Part shown: one piece after another, positions 37,512 to 46,914 of the stretch | Numbering within the stretch: position 1 is the stretch's first letter | Layout: every line of letters starts with the position of its first letter | Origin: Terriglobia bacterium | Lineage (GTDB): Bacteria; Acidobacteriota; Polarisedimenticolia; Polarisedimenticolales; JAIQFR01 | Assembly (NCBI GenBank): GCA_963748015.1 | Contig: CAVVHE010000004.1 | Coordinates: 288,001 to 352,000, forward strand | DNA: 64,000 nucleotides | Direction: 5' to 3' | Translations under genes and position numbers: made by a program | Notes under the pieces: generated by a model | What the model was told of the DNA's origin: nothing | The model's database searches: none | Seen by the model: the letters and a program-made list of their open reading frames with translations, nothing else

Positions 37512-39686
37512 GTGGTGAACTCGCACGGCACGTGGATCCTGGCCGCGGGCTTCGTGTTGCTGTCGGTCGCCCCGGCGATCGCGGCGGGGAGCAAGACCTC
37601 GGTCCCGCCGCCGGCCGCGGAGCGACGCCCCGTCGTGGACGCATACCACGGAAAGTCGGTGACGGACGATTACCGCTGGCTCGAGAGCTGGGCGGATCCG
37701 GCGGTCCGGCGCTGGAGCGAGGCGGAGAACCGGCACGCGCGCTCGGTTCTCGACCGCCTTCCGGGCGTCGAGGCGCTCCGTAGGCGGATCACCGAGCTCG
37801 AGAGCTTCCCCTCGCCCGATTTCGACTCGCTCGTGCTGCGCGGCGGCACTTTGTTTGCCATGAAGACCGAGCCTCCCAAGCAGCAGCGTTTCCTGGTGGC
37901 GCTGCGGTCGCCGGACGACCCGGCCTCCGCGCGCGCGATCGTGGATCCCAACGTGCTCGACCCCAAGGGCAAGACCGCCATCGACTTCTTCGTCCCCTCG
38001 CACGACGGCAAGCTCGTCGCCGTCTCCCTTTCCCGGGGCGGCAGCGAGAGCGGCGACGTTCACGTGTACGAGACCGCCACCGGCAAGGCGCTCCCGGACG
38101 TGATCGCGAGGGTCAACGGCGGCACCGCCGGCGGGAGCGTCGCCTGGAACGCGGACGGCTCCGGCTTCTTCTACACCCGCTACCCGCGCGGCAAGGAGCG
38201 TCCGAGCGAGGATCTCGACTTCTTCCAGCAGGTCTGGTTCCACGGGCTGGGCACCCCCGCGGGGAGCGATACCTACAGCCTCGGCCGGGAATTTCCGCGG
38301 ATCGCGGAGACCGTGCTCCGCGCGTCCGACGACGGACGGTTCGTGCTCGCGATCGTCGAGAACGGCGACGGGGGGGAGTATGCCCTCCACCTCCGGGGGG
38401 CGTCCGGCGCCTGGGCGCGCATCGCCGACTTCTCCGAGCAGGTCGTCGCCGCGGAGTTCGGCCGGGACGGCTCCCTGTTCCTCCTCTCGAGGAACGGCGC
38501 GCCGCGCGGGAAGATCCTCCGTCTCGCCCCCGGCGCCACGAGGCTCGCGGAGGCTTCGACCATCGTGCCCGAGGGGGAGGGGGTGATCCTCGACTTCGAG
38601 CCGGCCGCATCCGTCCTCTACGTGACGGTGGTGGAGGGCGGGCCCATGGGCCTGCGGGTCTTCGACGCGGCGGGGAAGGAGCTGGCGCGCGTCCCGGTGC
38701 CGCGGATCTCCTCGGTATCGCAGGTCGTCCGCCTCGACGGCGATCGCGTGGCCTACTCCTCGGAGAGCTACCTCGAGCCGAGGGCCTGGTACCGCTTCGA
38801 CCCCGCGGACGGCCAGCCGGTGAAGACGGCGCTCAGGCGCGTGTCGCTCGCGGACTTCGGGGATTGCGAGGTCTTGAAGGAGACGGCGGTCTCGAGGGAC
38901 GGCACCGCGGTCCCCGTCTTCATGGTCCAGCGGAAGGGTGCGCCGCGCGACGGCTCGAGCCCCACGCTGCTCACCGGCTACGGCGGCTTCGGCATCAGCA
39001 TGACTCCCTATTTCTCCGACTCGCGGCGCGCCTTCGTCGAGCAGGGAGGCGTCTGGGCGATCGCGATCCTGCGCGGGGGAGGGGAGTTCGGCGAGGAGTG
39101 GCACCGAGCGGGCAACCTCACCAGGAAGCAGAACGTGTTCGACGATTTCGCGGCGGCCGCGGAGCGCCTGATCGAGGCCCGCGTGACGAGTCCCGCGAAG
39201 CTCGCCATCGAGGGAGGGAGCAACGGCGGCCTTCTCATGGGCGCCGCGCTGACCCAGCATCCCGCCCTCTTCAAGGCGGTCGTCGCTCACGTGGGCATCT
39301 ACGACATGCTGCGGGTGGAGACGACCCCGAACGGCGCGTTCAACGTGACCGAGTACGGGACCGTGAAGGACCCGGCGCAGTTCGAGGCCCTTCTCGCCTA
39401 CTCGCCGTACCACCACGTCGCCGACGGGACTCGGTACCCGGACGTCCTGTTCCTCACGGGCGCCAACGATCCGCGCGTGGACCCGTTCCACTCTCGAAAG
39501 ATGACCGCGAGGCTCCGGGCCGCCACGGGCGGGAGATCCCGGGTGTTCCTCCGGACGAGCGCCGACACCGGGCACGGCATCGGCAGCTCCCTCGACGCCA
39601 CGATCGCGGAGACGGTGGACGTGTACGCCTTCGTCTTCGACGAGCTGGGCGTTCCGTACCGGCCGGTGGCAAAGCCCGCGAGGTGA
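37512..39686 (+). CDS. Secreted prolyl oligopeptidase (S9A)
   Basis: DDYRWLE, GYGGF, GGSNGG, DPRV and GHG catalytic motifs; signal peptide. Confidence 0.94.
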   Translation: MVNSHGTWILAAGFVLLSVAPAIAAGSKTSVPPPAAERRPVVDAYHGKSVTDDYRWLESWADPAVRRWSEAENRHARSVLDRLPGVEALRRRITELESFPSPDFDSLVLRGGTLFAMKTEPPKQQRFLVALRSPDDPASARAIVDPNVLDPKGKTAIDFFVPSHDGKLVAVSLSRGGSESGDVHVYETATGKALPDVIARVNGGTAGGSVAWNADGSGFFYTRYPRGKERPSEDLDFFQQVWFHGLGTPAGSDTYSLGREFPRIAETVLRASDDGRFVLAIVENGDGGEYALHLRGASGAWARIADFSEQVVAAEFGRDGSLFLLSRNGAPRGKILRLAPGATRLAEASTIVPEGEGVILDFEPAASVLYVTVVEGGPMGLRVFDAAGKELARVPVPRISSVSQVVRLDGDRVAYSSESYLEPRAWYRFDPADGQPVKTALRRVSLADFGDCEVLKETAVSRDGTAVPVFMVQRKGAPRDGSSPTLLTGYGGFGISMTPYFSDSRRAFVEQGGVWAIAILRGGGEFGEEWHRAGNLTRKQNVFDDFAAAAERLIEARVTSPAKLAIEGGSNGGLLMGAALTQHPALFKAVVAHVGIYDMLRVETTPNGAFNVTEYGTVKDPAQFEALLAYSPYHHVADGTRYPDVLFLTGANDPRVDPFHSRKMTARLRAATGGRSRVFLRTSADTGHGIGSSLDATIAETVDVYAFVFDELGVPYRPVAKPAR

Positions 39687-39874
39687 GGCGTTTCGCCGCC
39701 CCGGGGAAAGAGGCGTTTTCGGCCGGAATTTGGCGCTTTTCGGCGCCGCGGACCGCCTCCCGGCGGCCGGTCCTCTCTGCTATAGTGCCCGGCCACGACC
39801 CGGCGGGCGTGGACTTTCTGTAGAGCCGGGAACGCCCCGTTCCCAGGCTCCACCGTGGAATGGGAGCGACGAGC

Positions 39875-41005
39875 ATGGGAGACAAGAAGGCGGACCTGGC
39901 CGGACCGGGCATCAGCACCTATCCGGAAGTCGAGAAGATCCTCCCGAACGGCTACAAGACGATTCTCGACCCGAAGGAGACGCAGATCGCCCTCCACGCG
40001 CTCAAGCGGTACATCGACGACAACCTGTGCAAGGAGCTGAACCTCTTCCACATCGAGGTTCCGCTCATCGTGACGAAGGACAGCGGCGTCAACGACTACC
40101 TCGACCGCGACGGCTCCCGCACGCCGATCGAGTTCCCCTGCGGCCTCGGCCTCGAGAAACGGATGGAGTGCCAGGTCGTCCAGGCCGCGACGAAGTGGAA
40201 GCGGATGGCGCTGAAGCAGTTCGGCTGCAAGGTGGGCGAGGGGATCAACACCGACATGCGCGCGGTGAGGAAAGACTACTTCCTCGACCACGACCACTCG
40301 TCGTACGTGGACCAGTGGGACTGGGAGAAGGTCATCACCGCGCAGGACCGCAACCTGAACTACCTCAAGGACACCGTCCGCAAGATCTGGAAGGTGATCG
40401 TCGGCGCCGAGAAGATGGTCCAGGAGATGTTCCCGAAGCTCGAGGACCCGCGCTTCCCGAACCTCCCCGAGGAGCTGAAGTTCCTCCACGCCGAGGAGAT
40501 CCTCGACATGTACCCGGACCTCCCGCGCAAGCAGCGCGAGACGAAGGTCATCTCGGAGCACTATCCCGCGATCTTCATCATCGGCATCGGCTGGGTCCTG
40601 AAGGACGGCTACCCGCACGAGATGCGCGCTGCGGACTACGACGACTGGGTCACCCCGACGGTCTCCGAGAGCGGGCAGCCGATGCACGGCCTGAACGGCG
40701 ACATCCTCGTCTGGAACCCCGTGACCAAGAGGCGCCACGAGCTCACCTCGATGGGCGTCCGGGTCACGAAGGAGACCCTGCGCCAGCAGCTCGAGCTGAG
40801 CGGCCAGCTCGACTTCCTGAAACTCCCGTACCACCAGGCGATCCTGAACGACCAGATCCCGCTCAGCATCGGAGGCGGCATCGGCCAGTCCCGGACGACG
40901 ATGCTCCTCCTCAGGAAGGCGCACCTCGGAGAGGTCAGCGTCACGGTCTGGCCGAAGGAGCTCAAGAGCATCTGCGCGAAGAAGAACATCTTCGTGCTGG
41001 AGTAG
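39875..41005 (+). CDS. asnA: Aspartate-ammonia ligase
   Basis: KWKRMAL, YVDQWDWEKVI, DYDDW, LNGDILVW and SIGGGIGQSR motifs. Confidence 0.95.
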   Translation: MGDKKADLAGPGISTYPEVEKILPNGYKTILDPKETQIALHALKRYIDDNLCKELNLFHIEVPLIVTKDSGVNDYLDRDGSRTPIEFPCGLGLEKRMECQVVQAATKWKRMALKQFGCKVGEGINTDMRAVRKDYFLDHDHSSYVDQWDWEKVITAQDRNLNYLKDTVRKIWKVIVGAEKMVQEMFPKLEDPRFPNLPEELKFLHAEEILDMYPDLPRKQRETKVISEHYPAIFIIGIGWVLKDGYPHEMRAADYDDWVTPTVSESGQPMHGLNGDILVWNPVTKRRHELTSMGVRVTKETLRQQLELSGQLDFLKLPYHQAILNDQIPLSIGGGIGQSRTTMLLLRKAHLGEVSVTVWPKELKSICAKKNIFVLE

Positions 41006-41031
41006 AAACGGGCGTCGAGCTTGCGTCGGGG

Positions 41032-41071
41032 AACGGGCGCCGAACCGCCGGGTGAGGCGCCCGTTGTTCTT
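41032..41071 (+). terminator. Possible intrinsic terminator after asnA
   Basis: AACGGGCGCC/GGCGCCCGTT stem followed by GTTCTT. Confidence 0.35.
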
Positions 41072-41097
41072 GCCGCGGGAAACGGGGGGGGCGAGCG

Positions 41098-42546
41098 ATG
41101 GTGACCATCAAGCGCGACGACGCGGTGCCGTCCGGCGGTCCCGCCGCGCGGGAGCCGGAGAGCCGCCACCCCGCGAAGACGCTCCCCGCGGGGCTCGTGG
41201 AGCGGTTCCTCGGGAAGCCGCCGTCCGAGTGGACCGAGGGGGACCTGGTGGACCTGGTCTTCGACCGGGGGATCCGCCTGATCAGCCTCATGCACGTCGG
41301 CGGGGACGGCTGGCTCAAGACGCTCGACTTCGTGCCGCGAGGCCTCTCGCACCTCAAGGACATCCTCTCGGGGGGCGAGCGGGCGGACGGTTCGAGCCTG
41401 TTCAGGGGACTCGGGATCCCCTCCGGCGCTTCGGACATCGTGCTGCGACCCAGGCTGAACACGGCGTTCCTCGACCCGTTCTCCGAGCTGCCCGCGCTCG
41501 TGCTCCTCTGCGGCCACCACGGCCGCGACGGCGAGCCGCTGCCCCAGTCGCCGGCGACGATCCTGCGCCGCGCCCACGAGCGGCTCCGGCGGGAGACCGG
41601 CACCGAGCTGTGGGCGCTCGGCGAGATCGAGTACTTCCTGGGGAAGAGGCCGGCCGAAGGCGACATCTACGGCGCCGACGATCGGGGGTACCACGCCAGC
41701 TCCCCCTTCGTCTTCGGGGAGCCGCTGAGGCGCAAGGCGATGGCGGTGCTGGCGGAGATAGGGGTCCCGATCAAGTACGGCCACAGCGAGGTCGGCTACA
41801 TCGAGGCAAGGGAGCCCGACCCGGTCATCTGGGAGCAGCACGAGATCGAGCTCGCGCTGGCCCCGCTCCCGGAGGCGGCGCGATCGGTCGTCCTCACGCA
41901 GTGGGTGCTTCGCAACCTGGCGCACCGGAGCGGCATGCTGTGCAACTTCGCGCCGATCGTGCGCGAGGGGCACGCCGGCAACGGACTGCACTTCCACCTC
42001 TCCCCCGTGTCGGACGGCAGGCACGTGGCGATACGGAACGCGGAAGGGGCGCTCGCGGCCGAGGCGAAATGGCTGATCGCCGGCCTCGTAACCCTCGGGG
42101 CGTCGCTCATGGCGTTCGGGAACCGGGCCCAGGGCTCCTTCGTTCGCCTGAGCCAGGGCAAGGAATCCCCGAGGGCGATCTACTGGGGGGATTACGATCG
42201 GCGCGCGCTCATCCGGCTACCGATCGTCCCCAAGACGGCCGACGGCAGGATCGTGAGCCCAAGTACGGTGGAGTTCCGCCTCCCCGACGGGTCGGCGCAT
42301 CCCTACCTGCTCCTCGCCGGCGTCGCGCAGGCGATGCTGCACGGCCGCGCGACCGAGCGGATCGACGACCTGATCGAGGCGGCGTCGGCGGCGGGCGCGC
42401 GCGGAGGCGCCGGACCGGTTTCGCCGGTGCCGCACGACCCCCGCGAGGTCGCGGAGGCGCTCGTCGCGGGCCGGGCGGCGCTGGAGAGCGGGGGAGTCTT
42501 CCCGCCGGTCCTGATCGACGAGGTGCTCGCGCGCCTCGGGAGCTAG
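41098..42546 (+). CDS. Glutamine synthetase family protein
   Basis: DGSS, GEIEYF, HSEVG, QHEIE, AGNGLHFH and VEFRLPD motifs. Confidence 0.9.
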   Translation: MVTIKRDDAVPSGGPAAREPESRHPAKTLPAGLVERFLGKPPSEWTEGDLVDLVFDRGIRLISLMHVGGDGWLKTLDFVPRGLSHLKDILSGGERADGSSLFRGLGIPSGASDIVLRPRLNTAFLDPFSELPALVLLCGHHGRDGEPLPQSPATILRRAHERLRRETGTELWALGEIEYFLGKRPAEGDIYGADDRGYHASSPFVFGEPLRRKAMAVLAEIGVPIKYGHSEVGYIEAREPDPVIWEQHEIELALAPLPEAARSVVLTQWVLRNLAHRSGMLCNFAPIVREGHAGNGLHFHLSPVSDGRHVAIRNAEGALAAEAKWLIAGLVTLGASLMAFGNRAQGSFVRLSQGKESPRAIYWGDYDRRALIRLPIVPKTADGRIVSPSTVEFRLPDGSAHPYLLLAGVAQAMLHGRATERIDDLIEAASAAGARGGAGPVSPVPHDPREVAEALVAGRAALESGGVFPPVLIDEVLARLGS

Positions 42547-42562
42547 TCGATTCGGGAGTCGG

Positions 42563-43351
42563 CTACTGCCACTTGATCTGCGAGCCCCAGACGCTGTGGG
42601 GAATCGCGAAGACGACGAGCGTGATCACGGCCGCGGCCAGGACGTCCCACCGGGCGGTCCGGCCGCCGCGAACCCGCCACGCCGCCCAGGCCCAGGCGAC
42701 CGCCGCGATCAACGTCTTGTTGTCGGTCAGGTCGTAGCCGAACGGCACGCCGGTCCAGTAGGCGCCGAACGCGTACTTCTGCACGATCGGCCCGAGGACC
42801 AGCCCTCCAACGACGATGAAGGCGAGCGTGACGAACGCGAGCCGGCGCGGGTTGCCCGAAGCGCGCAGCGCCTCGAGGCCCGCCCGGTTCGAGACGAGCA
42901 TGCCGAGGAACATCATCAGCACGTGGGGCGCCAGGATCGCGGCCGGTACGTGCCCCTTGAATCGGGTGACCGCCGGGAGCGGCGGGAAGAGCTTGCTCTC
43001 GTCGCCCCGCACCATGCGGACCTGGTACTCGAGCTTGCCGGCCGGAGGCTGGTGCGGAAGGGCCGCGGCCAGCCAATCCCCCTCGCGCTCCATCGGGATC
43101 ACCGACCACGGCTCCGACGTCGGGAAGCGGCGCCACGCGACCTCGCCGCTCACCGCGGCGTCCTCGACCCGGATCCTGACCGGCTGATCGGTCTCGCCGC
43201 CGTTCGAGCGCGCGAGGTGGATCGGCACTTCCCGTCCGCCCAGCGAGAGCGTCCCTTCCACCGGATAGGTCGGGCCGGTTCTCCTCTGCCACGCGGCGGC
43301 GGTCAGGGTGAGGGCGACGGCGAGGATCCAGAGCACGGCGCTGCGCTTCAT
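42563..43351 (-). CDS. Conserved-looking hypothetical membrane protein
   Basis: QRRTGPTYP, QPPAGKLEY, WTGVPFGYDLTDNKTL and IPHS segments; several TM helices. Confidence 0.75.
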   Translation of the reverse strand: MKRSAVLWILAVALTLTAAAWQRRTGPTYPVEGTLSLGGREVPIHLARSNGGETDQPVRIRVEDAAVSGEVAWRRFPTSEPWSVIPMEREGDWLAAALPHQPPAGKLEYQVRMVRGDESKLFPPLPAVTRFKGHVPAAILAPHVLMMFLGMLVSNRAGLEALRASGNPRRLAFVTLAFIVVGGLVLGPIVQKYAFGAYWTGVPFGYDLTDNKTLIAAVAWAWAAWRVRGGRTARWDVLAAAVITLVVFAIPHSVWGSQIKWQ

Positions 43352-43539
43352 TCCGGGTTCTCCGTGGCTCGAAAACCGACAGTCTAGAGAGGGGCCGGCC
43401 GGAAGGCAACCGCGAGGATCGGGGAAACCTCCGCCTCCGCCCGCGCGTACCACTCACCCGCTCGTCGTGTGTCCGGGAGGGCGACGGCCCTCCGCTCGAG
43501 AAGCCGCTTGCGAGCAGACGCCAGATCATCGGAGGAGCC

Positions 43540-46500
43540 ATGAGGAGATCCCGCTGGGCCGCAGTGTGTCTTTTCGCCGGAATCGGCATCCTCGTCGTCG
43601 CCGCGGCCGCGGCCGACGCGGCCGCGAAGCCCTCCTACTTCCGCTATCCGGACCTGAACGGAGACCGGCTGGTGTTCTCGGCCGAGGCCGACCTCTGGGT
43701 CGCCGCCGCGTCCGGCGGGGCGGCCCGCCGGCTGACCAGCCACCCCGGCACGGAGTACTACCCCAAGTTCTCGCCGGACGGCACGAAGATCGCCTTCACC
43801 GGCGAGTACGACGGCAACCCCGACGTGTACGTGATCCCGTCGGAGGGCGGCGAGCCCAGGCGGATTACCTGGCTCCCCGGTCCGGACCAGGTCATCGGCT
43901 GGACACCCGACGGGAAGAAGATCGTCTTCCGCAGGCCGAACGAGCCGCCGAGTTCCGAGATGGCGCTGTACACGATCCCGGCGGAGGGGGGCGACCCCGA
44001 GAAGCTGCCCCTCGGCTGGGCGGCCCGGATCGCCATCGATCCCCAGACGGGCACCTGGGCGTTCAACCGGAAATCCTGGGAGAACGCCACGTGGAAGCGC
44101 TACCGGGGAGGCACGGCGCCCGACATCTGGGTCGGCCACCCCGACCGCCGGGACTTCCGCGCCGTGACGACCTTCGAAGGGGTCAACTCGTTCCCGATGT
44201 GGAGCGGCGGGCGGATCTACTACTTGAGCGACCAGGGCGGGACCGTGAACATCTGGTCCATGCGTCCGGACGGGAGCGACGGCAAGCGCCACACCGACTT
44301 CAAGGACTGGGACGCGCGCTGGCCTTCCATGAGCCCCGACGGGCGCATCGCGTTCGTCCTCGGCGCCGACATCCACCTGTTCGACGTCGCGTCCGATCGA
44401 GAGCGCAAGGTGGAGGTGGATCTTCCGAGCGACCTCACGCTGACGCGCGTTCGCTACCCCGATTCGGGCCGCTCGCTGACCTGGTTCGACATCGCGCCCG
44501 ACGGCAGCCGCCTCGCGGTCGTCACGCGAGGGGAGATCTTCTCGGTTCCGGCGAAGGAGGGGGTCACGCTCCCGGTGAGCCGCGGCAGCGGCGCCCGGGA
44601 GAGCTGGGCCGGCTTCGATCCCGAGGGGAAGAAGCTCGTCTACGTCACCGACGCCCCGCGCGAGGAGGAGATCCGCGCGATCGATGCGTGGGGACGCGGC
44701 CAGCCCAAGACGATCGTCCCGGCGGGAGAAAAAGGCTGGCATCTGCCCCCCGTGTTCTCCGCCGACGGGAAGTGGATCGCTTTCGCCGACGAGACGCAGA
44801 CGCTGTACGTGGTCCCTTCCGAAGGCGGGACGCCGAAGGCGGTGGATCGCGGCACGCAGGCCGAGATCCGCGAGTACGTCTTCAGCCCGGACGGGAGGTG
44901 GCTCGCCTACACGAAGGCGCGCCCGACGGACTACGCCTCCATCTACCTCTACGACACGAAGGAAGGGAAGATCCACGAGGTGACCGGCTCTACCACCAAC
45001 GACCGTTCCCCGGCGTGGGACCCCGACGGCCGGTACCTCTACTTCCTGAGTGACCGCAACGCCAACCCGATCCTCGGCAATCGGGACTGGGACAACGTCG
45101 AGGCCAAGAATACGAAGATCTACGCCGTGCTCCTGAAGAAGGACGTCAAGCACCCGTTCGTTCCTCTCGAGGGAATGCCCCCGGCGGAGGACAAGAAGGA
45201 CGCGGCCAAGGACGGGGACAAGGACAAGGCGAAGGACGAGAAGGGCGAGAAGGGCGAGAAGGGGAAGGACGGGAAGGCCGACGAGAAGAAGCCCCCGAAG
45301 CCGGTCGAGATCGATCTCGACGGCCTGGCCGCGCGCGTCGTGGAGTTGCCGGTCCCGATCGGCTCGTATTTCGGCCTCGGGGCGACCTCGAAGCAGGTGT
45401 TCTACCTCTCGGCCCCGCTCAAGGGGTTCGCCGAGCAGCCGGGGCTGTTCGAGGAGCCGGAGCCCGACGCCACGCTGATGGCCTTCGAGCTCGACAAGAA
45501 GGAGCCCGCGCCGTTCGTCGAGGGAGTCTCCTCCTTCAGGATCGCGGCGAAGGGCGAGAAGATCGCCGTGATGAAGAAACGCGGAGAGATCTACGTCGTG
45601 GCGACCGCGGCTCCTCCCGGCCCCGAGCTGGCCAAGTCGAAGGTCGATCTCGGCGGGATCGTGATCGAGCTCGACCCGCGCGAGGAGTGGGCGCAGATGT
45701 ACTTCGAGGGCTGGCGCCACATGCGCGAGTTCTTCTGGGATCCCGGGATGGGGAACGTGGACTGGAAGGGCGTGCGGGACCGGTACGCCACCCTGCTGCC
45801 GCGGCTGGCCAACCGCGAGGACCTGCGCGACCTGCTGGGCGAGGTCATCGGTGAGCTGAACAACTCCCACACCTATGTCTGGGGAGGCGACCCCGGCGTC
45901 CAGCTCCGGCGCGTCGCGACCGGACTCCTCGGGGCCGAGCTCGCACGCGAGGGGGACGCCTACAAGGTGACGCGAATCTACCGCGGCGACCCCGCAGACG
46001 GAGTCCGGTCCCCGCTCGAGGAGCCGGGCTCGATCGTGTCCGCCGGCGAGTACATCCTCGAGGTGAACCACCAGCCGTTCCCCAAGGGGCTTCCCTTCGA
46101 GGCCTCGATGGAGAACCTCGCGGGCAAGGCGACGGTGCTGACCGTCAACGGCAAGGCGTCGAAGGAAGGCGCCCGCGAGGTCGTGGTGACCCCGCTTCCG
46201 TCCGACCAGGATCTCCGCTACGCGGACTGGGTCCGCGTCAACCGCGAGTACGTCGCCACGAAGAGCGGCGGGAAGATCGGCTACGTTCACATCCCCGACA
46301 TGTGGAAGGACGGGCTGATCCGGTTCAACACCTGGTTCTACCCGCAGCTCGACAAGGAGGGGATGATCGTGGACGCCCGCTGGAACGGCGGCGGGGCGGT
46401 CTCCCAGATGATCGTCGAGCGGCTTCGCCGCAGGATCCTGAGTTTCGACCGCGCGCGCGGCGGCGGGATCAGCCGCTATCCGCAGGCGGTCCTGAACGGC

Positions 46501-46902
46501 CCGTTCGTCGTGCTGACCAACGAGTTCGCCGGATCCGACGGCGACATCTTCCCGGCGGCGATCCAGCTCGAGAAGCTGGCGCCGGTGATCGGTATGCGGT
46601 CGTGGGGAGGCGTGGTCGGGATCCGGGGGGACAAGAACCTCGTCGACGGCGGCATGCTCACCCAGCCGGAGTTCGCGTGGTGGGAGCCCAAGAGAGGGTG
46701 GGCCATCGAGAACCACGGCGTCGATCCCGACATCCCGATCCAGAACCTCCCGCAGGACCTCGCGCGGGGGGTGGACGCGCAACTCGACCGCGCGCTCGAC
46801 GAGGTGCTCAAGCTGCGGAAGGAGCACCCGCCCATCGAGCCCATCTTCGGGCCGGTCCGCGACAGGAGCCGGGACGGGTTCAAGCAGGAGTTGAAGAAGT
46901 AG
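43540..46902 (+). CDS. Tricorn-like protease (S41) with beta-propellers and PDZ
   Basis: Signal peptide, PD40-like repeats, WKRYRGG, GELNNSHTY, GSDGD and RSWGGVVGI. Confidence 0.94.
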   Translation: MRRSRWAAVCLFAGIGILVVAAAAADAAAKPSYFRYPDLNGDRLVFSAEADLWVAAASGGAARRLTSHPGTEYYPKFSPDGTKIAFTGEYDGNPDVYVIPSEGGEPRRITWLPGPDQVIGWTPDGKKIVFRRPNEPPSSEMALYTIPAEGGDPEKLPLGWAARIAIDPQTGTWAFNRKSWENATWKRYRGGTAPDIWVGHPDRRDFRAVTTFEGVNSFPMWSGGRIYYLSDQGGTVNIWSMRPDGSDGKRHTDFKDWDARWPSMSPDGRIAFVLGADIHLFDVASDRERKVEVDLPSDLTLTRVRYPDSGRSLTWFDIAPDGSRLAVVTRGEIFSVPAKEGVTLPVSRGSGARESWAGFDPEGKKLVYVTDAPREEEIRAIDAWGRGQPKTIVPAGEKGWHLPPVFSADGKWIAFADETQTLYVVPSEGGTPKAVDRGTQAEIREYVFSPDGRWLAYTKARPTDYASIYLYDTKEGKIHEVTGSTTNDRSPAWDPDGRYLYFLSDRNANPILGNRDWDNVEAKNTKIYAVLLKKDVKHPFVPLEGMPPAEDKKDAAKDGDKDKAKDEKGEKGEKGKDGKADEKKPPKPVEIDLDGLAARVVELPVPIGSYFGLGATSKQVFYLSAPLKGFAEQPGLFEEPEPDATLMAFELDKKEPAPFVEGVSSFRIAAKGEKIAVMKKRGEIYVVATAAPPGPELAKSKVDLGGIVIELDPREEWAQMYFEGWRHMREFFWDPGMGNVDWKGVRDRYATLLPRLANREDLRDLLGEVIGELNNSHTYVWGGDPGVQLRRVATGLLGAELAREGDAYKVTRIYRGDPADGVRSPLEEPGSIVSAGEYILEVNHQPFPKGLPFEASMENLAGKATVLTVNGKASKEGAREVVVTPLPSDQDLRYADWVRVNREYVATKSGGKIGYVHIPDMWKDGLIRFNTWFYPQLDKEGMIVDARWNGGGAVSQMIVERLRRRILSFDRARGGGISRYPQAVLNGPFVVLTNEFAGSDGDIFPAAIQLEKLAPVIGMRSWGGVVGIRGDKNLVDGGMLTQPEFAWWEPKRGWAIENHGVDPDIPIQNLPQDLARGVDAQLDRALDEVLKLRKEHPPIEPIFGPVRDRSRDGFKQELKK

Positions 46903-46914
46903 CGCCCGGCCGCT

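Noticed and set aside
37302..39575. Apparent 1128-aa cytochrome ORF
   Set aside because: The upstream part is antisense to the prolyl oligopeptidase. The real cytochrome starts at 37301 with a signal peptide.
45181..45300. AAGGGCGAG-type short repeats
   Set aside because: They encode the Lys/Asp/Glu-rich linker typical of bacterial tricorn proteases.
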